63,047 nt of DNA from contig JAWQFM010000001.1 in the NCBI GenBank assembly GCA_033442325.1, positions 1,066,215 through 1,129,261 of the forward strand, written 5' to 3'. A program made the position numbers and the translations under genes. The stretch's first letter is position 1; every line of letters begins with the position of its first letter. This document shows positions 16,542 through 29,003 of the stretch, piece after piece. Source of the DNA: Salpingoeca rosetta (Eukaryota; Protista; Choanoflagellata). The notes beneath the pieces were generated by a model. It was not told the DNA's origin and searched no databases. It saw nothing but the letters and a program-made list of their open reading frames with translations.

Positions 16542-17736
16542 ACACATCAGCAGCAGCAGCATGGTGTTGCGCACCTCCAGGAAGCGAGCAGGGGTGGCGA
16601 TGATGATGGGTGGGTTCTCTCGCTTGAGCTTTCGCAGCTGATATGGGCCAACGTAGGCAGCAAGGCGTTGTTTCGGGTGGCAGGGGTGAGCTGTGAGCAG
16701 ATAGATAACAAGCAAGACATGGGCATGCGTGGGTGCAGAAGAGACACAGAGACATAAAACAGGTACAGGCACGCAGTCACAGAGGGAGACATGACGACAG
16801 ACACAGAGATAGATACACGCAGACAGACAGACATACAGACAGACGGACAGACGGACATACACACACACATACAGGCAGACAGGCAGACAGACAGGCAGAC
16901 AGAAGCCAGACCTGCTTCTTTGGTGTTGAGTTTTCGATACCCTTGACCACGCAATGGACGTGCTGGGATGCCTTGTCGCCAACGACGGCGGAGAGCAGAG
17001 CTACAAACACGCTGTGCACCTGGACGGCAAGCTCCCGCGTTGGGACGAGGCACAATGTGGAGTACCTGGGGAAGGTGAGGTCGTTGTCGATGTACCGCTG
17101 CACTATGGGCAGGGCGTACGCCAGCGTCTTGCCGGTGCCCGTGTGGGCTGCGAGTAGCGTGTTGTTACCAAACGAGATGGGCTTCCAGCCTTTTGCCTGC
17201 ACGTCCGTAGGGGTGATGATGTTCCATTCAGCCAAGGGCGCTGCTAGTAACGCGTTGAGGCCCAGTTTCGCAAAGCCAACTGACGAGCTGCGTGACACTG
17301 CCGGTGTTGGTCGCGCCGCACCACCATCACCATCGCCATCACCATCACCATCACCCTTGGGTGTGTGCTTGGAGGGCACAGTCGCACCGAGGGCTGCACG
17401 GCTTACGTGAGCTGCTTTGTGGCTGTGGCTGTGGTTCTCGGTTGGAGCAGACACACGCTTGGTTGTGGTGGCTGGCGAGGTTTCTGGCGCGGAGGTATTG
17501 GTTGTGGTGTACGAGCGAGAGGCGAAGGTGCTGGTGCGCTCCGGCAGCCGCGCAGTGACAGCTGCGCATGTCATGCTCCATTGTCTTGCTCCATTTTGGC
17601 TGTTGGAGATGATTGCGGTCTTGGTTGTGCGTGCCCACGTGTGCTGGCTAAGAGCAGCAACACGACAAAGCGCCCGGCACCCCCGCAGCACGTAACCCTG
17701 CCGAGCATGTCGGCAGAGGGGAGTCAGCGCGTGCAT
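14169..17736 (-). CDS. DEAD-box RNA helicase, probably mitochondrial (R/S/T/A-rich presequence-like N-terminus)
   Basis: Q-motif FAKLGL...TPTDVQ, I AHTGTGKT, Ia PTRELA, Ib TPAR, II DEAD (VVLDEADK ~16395-16415), III SAS, V IRGLD and VI YLHIAGRVGR, spread over several exons. Confidence 0.9.
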
Positions 17737-19134
17737 GTGTACGTGTATGTGACAGGTGTGCACAAGCAGCTGACTATGTCGAATGTGACTTTGAGAGATT
17801 GTGTCACGCACTGGCAAAGTCACGCAAGACGCACGTGTATATGTGTGTGTGTGCGTCCTTGTGTGCTGTGCGTTTGCTTGATTGCGTTTCAGTCGTCCTG
17901 CGTTTGTGGGTCTTCGAGTGATGAAGCTGTTGCTGTCGCTGCTTGACTTCTGCGATTGCTAGCCTGTTCTTGCTTGTTGCTGATGCTGTTGCCTGGGTCA
18001 AGTCTCGGTTGCAGCTAGTTCACTACCATGGACAAAGGGAAGGGCGTTTCAAACAAGTCACGCCACTTCATGTCATGTCACAGCGTCTTGGCCTGTGTGT
18101 GGATGTGGTCGGGGGTGTGTTTGTTGTTGTTGTTTGTGGATGTGCTTTGCGTGTGTCCGTTGTGTGTGTGCGTGTGTGTGTTCGTGTGAGCGTATGTGTG
18201 TGTGTGTGTGTGTGACATGTGCTGGCTGTCTGTTGACATTGCTGACGTTTGGTGTACGATTTTGCACGATTTTCGACAGTCGTTATCGACGCAGTCAGCG
18301 CGGAGCAGGGACAACAGCGGTGAGTGACCTTGCCTGCGCTCTGGTTAGGGTTGCGTGCTGTCTTCGTTCGATCGATGTGCACCGGTTGCGTGCTGTGCCT
18401 CACTTCCAGCGATGTGCACATCCAGCAACCACATGTACGCGAGCAAAGGTCGCAATGTTTGTTTTGGTTGCAGATGCTTGCTTGCTTGCTTGCTTGCTTG
18501 TTTGTGCTGTGCTTTGCCTTTGACCAACCAGCCGCTTGCTCCTGTTCACGAACACGCACGAATACGATGAATACGATGAATACGAAACCATTGAGCGCTA
18601 CCTCACACGTCACTGAAACACGATCTTGCTGGTGTCGTTGGCTGACCTCAGCTCCATTCGATTTCAGGGTGTGCGACTGCTCCTCGGGGTGATGCTACCA
18701 TTGATTCGCGACAACACCCGCACACACAACGTATCGGTAGGCCCTCTCGGTCCTTGTGTTCGTCATCCACTCCCCTCGTGCTTGCTTCTTGCTTGTGCAA
18801 CAAAGGGGTTGTTATAGAGTTGTCGGACTATTTCCACACGTTGTACCACACGCGGTCTTGGTTGTCGCTTTGTGTTTGGACAAATTTATGTTGTGAGATG
18901 TGACATGAGATTTGCTCTCGGTCGGTTGTTTGGATTTCCCTCCTTCCGCTTTGATGTCAGATCGATTGATCTTTGCAGCACGCTCGCTGCTGCCTCTGAA
19001 CCTGCAACAACACCAGTTACACTCGACCTGACAGTCCTCTGTTGCTCGTCGTTGCTGTTGCTCCTCTGCTGCTTCCTCCTCTTTGTTTGCTGCCAACCAA
19101 CCAACCAACCAACCAATCAAACGGACGCGGCAGG

Positions 19135-19663
19135 ATGCCGCGCTGTGCCGTCGTTGTGTTTTGTGTGGGCACATCTGTGTGCTTGCGCCGAACTGAAGCT
19201 GCGTGGTGGTTGCACAACGCTGGAGAAGCATACAGGAGCTCCCTTGTTCTCGTCACCGATGTGCGATCCAACCTCAACGTCGCAGTTCTGCGTCCCCGTG
19301 GAGGTTCGTGTTAATAATGGTCAAGATCATGTTGTGAATGTGACAGCGCTTTTCTCGGCATGCCGCCACACCCACCATGTCGAACGCTGTTTTCGTGCCT
19401 GCATATCCTTCGCTTTGCTGCTTGCTTGTTTGCTCGTGGCGACGCCACGCTGTTGACCTCGCTTGGCTCCTTGCATTGTCTGCTTGTTCTTCCTTTTCCT
19501 CTTCGCTGAAACACCTACGCACACACACGCAACAACACCAACGCACACATACACTCACACACACTTGCACACACTTGCACCCACACCCACATGCACTCAT
19601 ACACACATGCACGCGCACACCTACGCACACATACACACACACATACACACACACCAACCTACG

Positions 19664-19725
<62 letters not shown>

Positions 19726-21251
19726 CACCTTGACACACATGTGCAGGGCGAACGGATCGGGTGGACGACCGCGTGGTGTGCGTGCCCTTTGCTCCTCGGC
19801 AAACGTGGGAAAGCATGTACAATGAGACGGCGACGGTGGAGCAAGTTGTCACGCGCGTGTGCGATGACCTGGCTGCCGCCACCGTGCTGCTTGTGGGCGA
19901 GTTTGGATGCCCCAGCAGCGGCCTTGTCGTGCGGTGTGCAGAGGAGATCCGGCACCGCGACCCCGCGTGCTCGCTGTGTGTGCTCGAGCCATACTGCCCG
20001 CTGCTCCCTGCCGGGTCGCTGGGCCCGCTCCACGCCGCCCTGTGTGCGCGAGTGCTGGGCGAGGACGAAAACGACAGCGATGACGATGGCGACGATGGCG
20101 CCTTTGCTGACGGCACACGGCATCGCGCGGACATGCGTGGGCGCTGTGGCCGACAAGTGCTGGACCACCACCTACGGCTGCCATGCACACCGTCCACGCT
20201 CGATCCCCACGGCCCCGAGCGCCGCATCATGCACGCGCTCACGGTGCTTGGGTGCCCGCACGCGGGGCGCATGGCGGTGGCGCTGGCACAGCTCGCCTGC
20301 TTTGCCAACGGCATGCCGGGCCTTGCCGCAGTGCACGCGCTCGCACCCAAAGCCGCCAGTGCCCGAAGCAACACGAGCACAAACAGCAGCACCAGCACCA
20401 GCACCACCAGCACTCGTCGGAGGCACACAGGGAGGAGACACGGAGACCGCAGTAGCCGGGACAGCGGCGTGGAGGACGTGGCGCTGGAGCTGGTACAGCT
20501 GCACCACCAGCGCCATTACCGGCATCTCTACTGCACTGGTGCTGATGGTGGACATGGTCTTGAAGGTAGCGCAACGGGAACAGCAATAGGAGGAGGAGAT
20601 GGAGGCTACCGATGCGGACTGACGCAGCGTACTGGTGACGGTGGCGACGGCACCGCATCCTTGTCATCAATGGTGCTCGTGCAACAACAGCAGCAACGCC
20701 AACAACGCCAGCAACGCCAGCAGCAGCAGCAGCAGCATGCGCACGGCGGTGTGAGCAGTGCCGTTGGGAAGAGTCAACCACCAGAGGCCTTGGTAGGGCG
20801 AGGAGGTGGGGCGGATTCCAGAAGAGGTGGAAGTCAAGGCGATGCCTGTGCTGAGCACAAGAACAAGAGCAACAAGAGCAGCAACAAGAACAAGAACAGG
20901 AGCAACACCCTCGACAGCGGCCATGGCAGCAGCGCAACACCCAGGAGCAGGCCCACCACGGCGTCGGCTACAGTTGCACCAGCAGCAGGCAAGCGCACCG
21001 CAGCTCACAGCGTCGGCACGGGAGGTGCCATCATGCCACCGTCAGCATCATCATGCGCTGCCACATTGCAGTGTCGCGTGGTGCTCTCAGCGCCCGCCAG
21101 CACAACGGCTGTCGTTGGCCCGCTGTTTCCCACCAACCCAGCACAACAGCAGCCTTCACGGCGAACACAGCTGCCACCGTTTTTGGCGAGCATCTTCCAG
21201 CAACCCACTGCCGCAACCGTTACACCTGCTGCGCCCAGGACAGAAACCTGA
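19135..21251 (+). CDS. Two-exon protein resembling a highly divergent tubulin-superfamily member with a low-complexity C-tail
   Basis: Exon 19135-19303 joins in frame (GT-AG, phase 1) to 19747-21251. Collinear tubulin-like motifs: MPRCAVVVFCVG, LVLVTD, TWESMY, VLLVGEFGCPSSG, EEIRHRDP, GPLHAALC, HQRHYRHLY. The CDS is well supported; the family call is tentative. Confidence 0.55.
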
Positions 21252-22921
21252 CCGCGTGCAGACGTGCATGTGTAGTGTAGTGTGTACACCCCATCATCAC
21301 TTGACATCACATCATCACTTCACATCATGTGGAGTGGATATGATGTTCCTTCGGAGGCCGCCATGGCGCTGGTAGGAGGGAGGGGTGGTGAGGTGGGGGA
21401 AGGGGATTGGTAGCGGTCAAAAGAGAGAACGTGCCGAGCAGAACTGAACAACGGAAAAAGGAATGCAGGAGCGGCGGGACACTGCACGCAGGCGAGGTAG
21501 GGGACGGGGGCAGGGCAAGTGGCGGAGACCGCAGAAACAGCACGAGCGAAGAGGCGCGAAGAGGGAGGAGGAAGGGGAAGCGAGACGAGAAGAGAGACAG
21601 CTCGAGAGAGACAGAGTGTGTGTGTGTGGCCCGAGAACGGTGCGCTCGTGCTTGCCCCAAGGCTGACTGCACGCGTGTCCCATGTTTCACTCTCAACTGC
21701 CTAAATTCAAATCCAAAACCGGCAACGCTTTTTGTCCTTGATTGAAATTCCAAATTCCCACGCACACATCGGGTGCCCCATCCTGCTCCCCTGCGTTGTG
21801 TGTTTTTGACTGCCGTTGGTGTGAAGCATACTTGGCTTTGACGCACACACATTGCTCGCGTCGGCCTCGTCAGTGATTCGTTGGCATCCTTGACAACCGT
21901 GACGATCAAATTTACGTGTGGGAGTTGTGTGAGTAAGCGGCGTTGTGCGTGCGCGTGTGTTCTTGCGTTGTGGGCGAAATTGTTTTGTACCCTGCCGTCG
22001 CAAATCGCAAAAAACAAGCAACGCAACAATGTCCCGCCCGATTTTGATGGCGCGAGCAACACAGCAAGCAAGCAAGTGTTACATTACATTACTCACGTCA
22101 ACCAGGTCGGAAGCGTGACATACGCCCAGTCACAACAGACGATGTGAGTGATGTGTCTGAATGCAACACTGCAACGCACACACGCTGCTTGCTGGTTTCG
22201 TGCTTTTTCTCCGCACCCGAGTTGATGTGAACCGCCATTTTCATCCGACAAGAGCAAGCACACACCAAGCCGCAACCCAGATCAAGCCAGGCCCTTGCCG
22301 TAAGTGAACGCTGCAGTGCTCCTGATACGTGTACACGTTCTCGTAGACACGCGCACATATGGAGAGACGAAGGAGCGTGTTATCCCCAGCCTTGAGAGAG
22401 AGAGATAGGGTGTTTGTCGTCGTCAGTTGTGCGTGCTGACGCGGGTTTTGCGCCCTCTTCCAGGCTTGGTTTGGGAGCCTGTGCTCAACGTTTGTCAAGT
22501 GTGATCAGTTGTGTTGGCTGGCCAGTGCAGGCTGGTGTGCTCTGTTGTTGTTGTTGTTGTTGTTGTTGTTGGTGGTGCTGGTGGTCTTACACGGTTTTGC
22601 TGCCGACTGACTGAATGACACACCCAGTTACATTTTGTTACGACCGCATGACACTTCGTGTCACACCACCTGTGTGCCTTACTCTGCGTGTGTGCTGTCG
22701 TTCGTTCATTTTGCTGTCGACACACTTTGACGCTGATCATCTCACGCACACACGCACACACGCACACACGCACACACGCACACACGCACACGCACTCTCT
22801 CTCCGCTTCATTTCACACCACATACCACACGCCACAACGACTCAGGTTTCACCTCGCCCAAACCGCCACGACGCTATCTTCACCGCTGTCTTCACTCCAC
22901 GCACTCCACGCACTTGCCACG

Positions 22922-25900
22922 ATGGTGAACGACGACAGACTCGAGCCCTCCTCGGCGTTTCATGACGAGGATTCCGGCTGCCACTCGCTGCAGTCCCCAC
23001 CCAATGGCCGGACCCAGGACCACCATGCGCTGCTTTGTCTGAAGGCGGCGGGCACAGCCACCTGGAGCGACCCAGCGAGCTGTGCATCAACCGCACGGAC
23101 CTCAAGCAACTCTTCCCTGGACGACGACGACGATCAGGAGGACCAAGGCGTTGATGGCAATGGCAAGGACGAGGGCAAGGACGAGGGCGAGGACGACGAG
23201 GACGCTGGTGGCAAGGCAGGCAGGCGTGGAAACGCGGGCGGCGATCTGGGTTGCGGTTCTGCTTGCTCTGGTGGCGCGGACTCAACGGCAGCGAAGCCTT
23301 TGGTGGCTAAGCCGTGGTCTTGCGAGCAGCGCGACAGCTCCAAGTTGGAACGATCAAGGCTTCAGGAGACCACAGCACGAACAAGTGCACCTGTAGTGAG
23401 CCGCCGAACCACACAACCCGCCAACAAGAACGCCGCCTGCGCTTCAGCGCCCGTCATGACCAGCCAAGCCTCCCGCGACGACGCACGCGTCATGGCACAA
23501 GCGCCCGCCAACACCACGCCACATGCCACGCCACACAATGGCTCTGCACCTCCATCGCCACAACAGCCACCCCACTTTTCCTCAAGCCATCCTAACAGCA
23601 GTGCCAACACCACGGACGCCAACCAAGCGCCTGTCGATAGCACGCATTTGATGGAGCAGAGGTTTCAGCCATCTGTGCAACAGCTGCAGCAGTCGTCGCC
23701 TGCCCCTCGAAAGCCTCCGAGTGTTGCGAGAATGATGCAGCAGCAGCAGCGATTGCAGCAACAGCCGCCACAACGGCCACAGCAACAACAACAATTTCCT
23801 AGTTTTACTCAGGTTCCCCCGCCGCGTCAACGTGTTAGCCACAATACATATCCTGGATCCAACCATCCCCCCTTGGGGCCGACGAGTGCGATTAAGGGCT
23901 GCGGGTCAGCTCCATCCGCAATGCCAACCGCAGCTCAGCCACAGTCGGCCGTTTCTTCGTTGAACCTAACCGCACCTAGCAGCCAGTCTTCGTTTTCTTC
24001 AGCGTCTTTGTCTTTGTCTTCATCAACACCCTCTACGTCGTTGCACAACAAGCCATGCGTGCCCGTGAACGCACAGCAACAACAGCAGCAGCACCATCAT
24101 CATCAGCAGCAGCCCTCACACCCGTCATTGCATGCGTTGCTCCAACTTGCGCAAGCACGAGCGGCGTTGGGAGCAACGCAGCCCACCACACCAGCCATGC
24201 AATATCAACAGTTATTTGCAACACTGCAAAGGCAGCAGCAGCAGCAGCAGCAGCAACGGCAGTTGCAACAACAGCAACTGCAACAGTATCTTCAGCAGCA
24301 GAACCCACAAGCGCTGTCGGCCCGAACACTGCAATTCCTGCAACAGGTACTGTTGCAACACCAACATCGTCAAGCACCGCAACAGCCCCAGCCCTCCAAG
24401 GACACTGCAGCGGCGCCAAGAGAGGCTGATCCGCTTGCCCAGTTCCCCGTCGGAGAGGAGGAGGAGGTGGATCACTGGCACGTCTGCCGGTGCGAACAGA
24501 CGCTGTCGCAGCCTTGCAGCTTGCCCGGCATTCGCGTCCGCAAGAAGATGAGCGTTCTCTGTCACGTGGTGGATGTTGACGTTGCTTCGCACATTGTGCA
24601 GCACTTTCCCGAACATCTCCAAGTCGTGAACATGGTAAGTTCCAGCATTGACAATCGAAAAACCTTTGTCTGTATCATGTCCCCTACCCTCCCACCTCTT
24701 CCACCCACAATCCATTTTGTTCACTCTCCTCGCTCACAACTCTCTCATTCCGCGTTCCCACCCATCCTCCATGCCCTTCTTGCCTTTCTCTCTCTGTGCA
24801 TTGCAGGCCCGCGTGCAGAATTTTGAGCTGCGCACCCGCTACCTGACCAAGCGCGAGCGTGTCCTGCGTGCGCGCGGCCTCGAGCCCCTGCCTGCACCGG
24901 GCCATGATGCCAGCCAGCAGCCCCTCGAGCTCTCCTGTGTCGATGCGCGCGTCTCGCAGCTGCTGGACACGCGTGTTGAGCGCCGCGCCTTCCACTGCAC
25001 CAGCGCGCCCAACATCAACAGCATCCACGCGTACGGCCTGCGTAAGGAATGCAGTCGCGTGGGCAACTTTGGGCGCGGCATTTACATGGGTCTGGAGCCG
25101 GAGAAGGCAAACTCGTACTGGAAGCCGCGCGTGAACATGGCCTGCAGCAAGACGGCGCCTGAGATGCGCTTCATGCTCGTTCTGCGCGTCATCCCCGGGC
25201 GCGTGTACCCTGTGCCAGCGCAGCACAACATGCCGTACCTGGAGGGGCCGCCGCCGGGCTATGACGGCGTGCTCGGCACCGTGCGCGGCGGCCACGAGCT
25301 CGTCGTGTACGAGAACGACCGCGTCATTGTCGACTACATTGTTGGCTACCGCGATATTCGCCATGTTGTGCCGCGCGTCGAGCACCCGCTGTACACCACG
25401 GCGCCGCTGCCCGCGCAGCTGACACGCCACCCCAAGCAGCAGCAGGAAGGAAAGGTGGGGGATGGCAATGACCAGGAGCCGGAAGTACAAGGGCACGTTC
25501 ACCACCACAAGAAGCGCCATCCATCGTACACGCTTCCCGGCCCCGTCTTCCCTGCCAAGACAAACCCGGACACGCGCCGTGCCGCGGCAACGCCGCGCCC
25601 AACCCCGACCGCATCCACGCCAGCGCTGGTGGCCTCTGGGCAGCAGACGCCGTCCACGGCAGCGACGGGCACCAGCAAGAAGGCTGTGTCGCAACAACAG
25701 GTTGCAACGGCCTTGAGGAACTCTGCACTCATGCGTGTGTCAGGGATGACAGCAGCGCCGACGACAACAACAACAATGACAACCACCCCTCCAACAACAA
25801 CAACATCGATGACGACAACACCAAGTGCAACAACGCCACAGCCGGCGCGGCCGTCGACTGCACCAGCACCAGCGCCGGCGTCAGGGAGTGCCATGCGAGC

Positions 25901-26582
25901 ACGGCGGCCACGGCTGCCGACAATGCCTACATTGCCGACACTCAAGGAGGCAGCGCAGGAGGAGGAACCCAAGCGAGGGGACTTGTCGCACCAACTCAGC
26001 ACCATGACGCTCCCACAAACCCAGGACGCCACCACCACCACTGCAGCCGCAACTGCCGCTGCCACCCCCGCTTATACCAGCCGAACCGCACGTCCCAACA
26101 TGGACTGCGGGGAGGATGGTGTCAGACTACGGCGGCAACGGGCCGGCTCCACGCGCGCAGCTGACGCTGATGCTACTTCGGCCAGCGCTGGCGACAGGCC
26201 ACAGGGCAGCGCTGGTGCTGGTGGTGTCGACACCACTGCGACACGACCCAGCACGAGGCCACCGAGCAGGCCCTCCAGCAAGCGGGCGGGGCGCACCCGG
26301 TGCCCGGTGGATGAATCGGAGCTGGCGCCAGCACCGGCCGCCTCCAGATCGTCCTCGGCCCGGTCTTCCACAGCACCGTCGCGGCTTGCGTCTGTGTCCT
26401 CATCACATTATCCCACGCCTGGTGGCCCAACCACCACCGATGATCCCTCGTCGTTTCTCCACGCCAAGCGGAGCAAGCGAGACAGCGCCGGTGGTCTGTT
26501 CCCAATCGGCAACGCAGCCGTGTATGTGCAGCAGGTGGATGGTCACGCCAGCGACAGCGATGACAGCACCGATGCATTTTGA
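22922..26582 (+). CDS. PARP (ARTD) catalytic domain protein flanked by long Q-rich and T/A/S/P-rich disordered regions
   Basis: Exons 22922-24634 and 24807-26582 (phase 0, GTAAGT...TGCAG). Motifs RAFHCTS, NFGRGIYM, EKANSY, MLVLRVIPG, PPPGYDGV and HELVVYENDRV give the H-Y-E triad. Confidence 0.85.
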
Positions 26583-27526
26583 TCAGCACTGCGCTCATAA
26601 GCGAGCGTTGGCTGATTTGTTTTCATGATGAACTCCCATCCTCCCTTCATGTGTGTTTTGTTTGCTCGACTTTACATAACCCTTTTCCTCCACCGTCTTC
26701 AACCATGCCTTTTGTTGCCAGGCTTTGTGTGCTGCTTTATGTGTGTCTCTCTTTCTTGTTTCTGCTTTTGCTGCTTGGTTCTCCCCAGTTACAGGTAATT
26801 TATTCTGTTTGCTTGCGTGCCGCAACCTCTCACATCAGCACTAGTGTTACATCCTGAGTTGCTTTTTGAGTGGCTGCCTTGCTTGTGCGCACTCGTCGCC
26901 CGAGCTTTCCTTTCTCTCTTTTCTTCACTTTCTACATGGTTTCCCCGTTTGGTTTGATGTGTTGTGACTCGTTCTCGTTCTTCTTCGCATTCTGGTGTGT
27001 TCCAACAATACAACGGACGTAACACCACTGCTGCCGTGAGTGCACGTCACGGGACATTTGAGACAAGTGGGAGGAGGGTTGCAGGAAGTGAAAGGGCACC
27101 ACATGACTCGTCTTTGCACCTGGCCACGACCACTGCCAGAATGTCAGTCAGATGCCGTTCGCGAACATCTGCCCTGTCGAGACTGGTGTTACATTACATC
27201 ATGCAACATGAACGCCACGCCCCTTCTGCAGGGCTGTGACACCCCATGATTACGTCATGCTCACCGCGAGCAAGCGCCACGCCTGGTGCACACACACACT
27301 CTTCATCAAGACGTTTGTGGAGATGAATTGTCTTTTCTTTTGCAGCACGTGAACATCATGTCACATCATGCATGTCAGTGACAACGGGTTTGTTGTATTG
27401 TTCAGCGACAACACGCATTGTTGGTCACTAATCACATCATGCATCATACATGCTGGCATCGTGTCAACGAGCAAAACAGGGGCATCAGTGGCCGCTGCAT
27501 CACATAGTCAACAATGACCAAAGCAC

Positions 27527-27567
<41 letters not shown>

Positions 27568-27688
27568 ACACAGACACACACAGACACACACAGACACACA
27601 CACACACAAACACAGCTTGCCGTGTTGCGACTGCTGCCGTGTGTTTGGGAATGTCGTTTGCGTGTGCGCCCTGCTTGGTCGGTCTCGT

Positions 27689-28631
27689 TTAGATCTTGCC
27701 GCGAAGGATGAGCTCGGAGAACATGTTGACGGCACTCACGCGCACGGTCTTGTAGAGCGTGATAAAGTCGAGGGTGCTGAAGAAGACGTCCGCAAAGCCA
27801 AAGGGAAGCATGGAGGGGATGTTGCCGACGGCGTACTCGAGGGCCCAGCACGTGTCGTCCATCTTGTACTGCTTGGCCTCGCCGAAAGACAGATGGTGTT
27901 GGTCACCGGGCTTGTACACCTCGCGTGTCAGGTTGCCGGCAGAGAATGCCCACTGCACTCACGCGATGGTTGTTGTTGTTGTTTGTTGTTGTTGTTGTTT
28001 GTTGTTGTGCGCATGTGTGTGTGTGAGGCAGGCATTGCGAGAAAGGAGATCAAAGCAATCAACACGCACATACACACGCACGCACGCACGCACACGCATA
28101 CACACGTACACGCACGCACACGCACATACACACCCACACCCACGCACACCCATGACGCACCTGCTCGCCGTGGAGGATGGTAAAGTAGTCATCAGCAAGG
28201 AATCGGCCAGTGTGACCTTCGGTGCCAAGCGGGGTGCCGAAGATGATGATGTACTCGGAGAAGCTGCAGTGAAGGACGAGCATGGCACCCATGGCGCCGC
28301 CGGCGTTGTTGAACATCCACTCTGGGTGCTCCACAATGTGCTCGCCATACTCCTCGCGCAGCTTGTCCACAACAATGTCCACAAGGCGGTCAACGTCGTC
28401 AGGGGTGGCCTTGTTGGCCTCGATGGACTCCTTGGCGATGCGCTGCAGCGTCTCCGGGTCAAACACGTAATCCGTGTGGTGGTACAGGTACACGCTGCCG
28501 GAAACGACAACCAGGCCAACCAGGATGAACATCCACTTCAGGAAGGGGCAGCAGCAGCAGCACTTCTTCCAGCAGCACCCGCCCTTGCTGGCGTTGTTGC
28601 TATCACCAGAGTTCTTCTTCGCTTTCGCCAT
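27689..28631 (-). CDS. ERG2: ERG2 / sigma-1 receptor family C-8 sterol isomerase
   Basis: Exons 28631-28161 and 27952-27689. N-terminal TM, WMFNNAGGAMGAM, SEYIIIFGTPLGTEGHTG, ADDYFTILHGEQ|W, WALEY, IPSMLPFGFADVFFSTLD. Confidence 0.93.
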
Positions 28632-28915
28632 TTTGATGACGCTTCACTTCTTCGCTTGCTTGTTCAAGGGCATGCAGTCGACGACACTGCAACAACAGGG
28701 TGGTGGTGGTGGTGGTGACAGTGGTGGGTTGGAAAGTGGCTGTGAGATCTGGCTGGAGAGCTCCTCGTGGTTTGCGAAAATTGGCGGCAGACGCGTTTTT
28801 TGTCGAATATCTTCCGACAGATTTCGGTTTGTTTGGTTGAAGGCAGAAGCACAGAGATAGATAAGAGGAAAAAAACGGAAACAACCACAACCACCACAAC
28901 AACCAACCAACAAAC

Positions 28916-28923
28916 ATGGTGCG

Positions 28924-29003
<80 letters not shown>

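Noticed and set aside
17830-19100. Possible gene or ncRNA between the helicase and the tubulin-like gene
   Set aside because: No coherent exon chain or recognisable RNA structure; only short repeats such as (AATACGATG)x3.
24684-25697. Long antisense ORFs opposite PARP (also opposite KLHDC2 at 1231-2328 and REV3 at 60310-62184)
   Set aside because: Shadow ORFs expected from GC-rich codon usage; no motifs.
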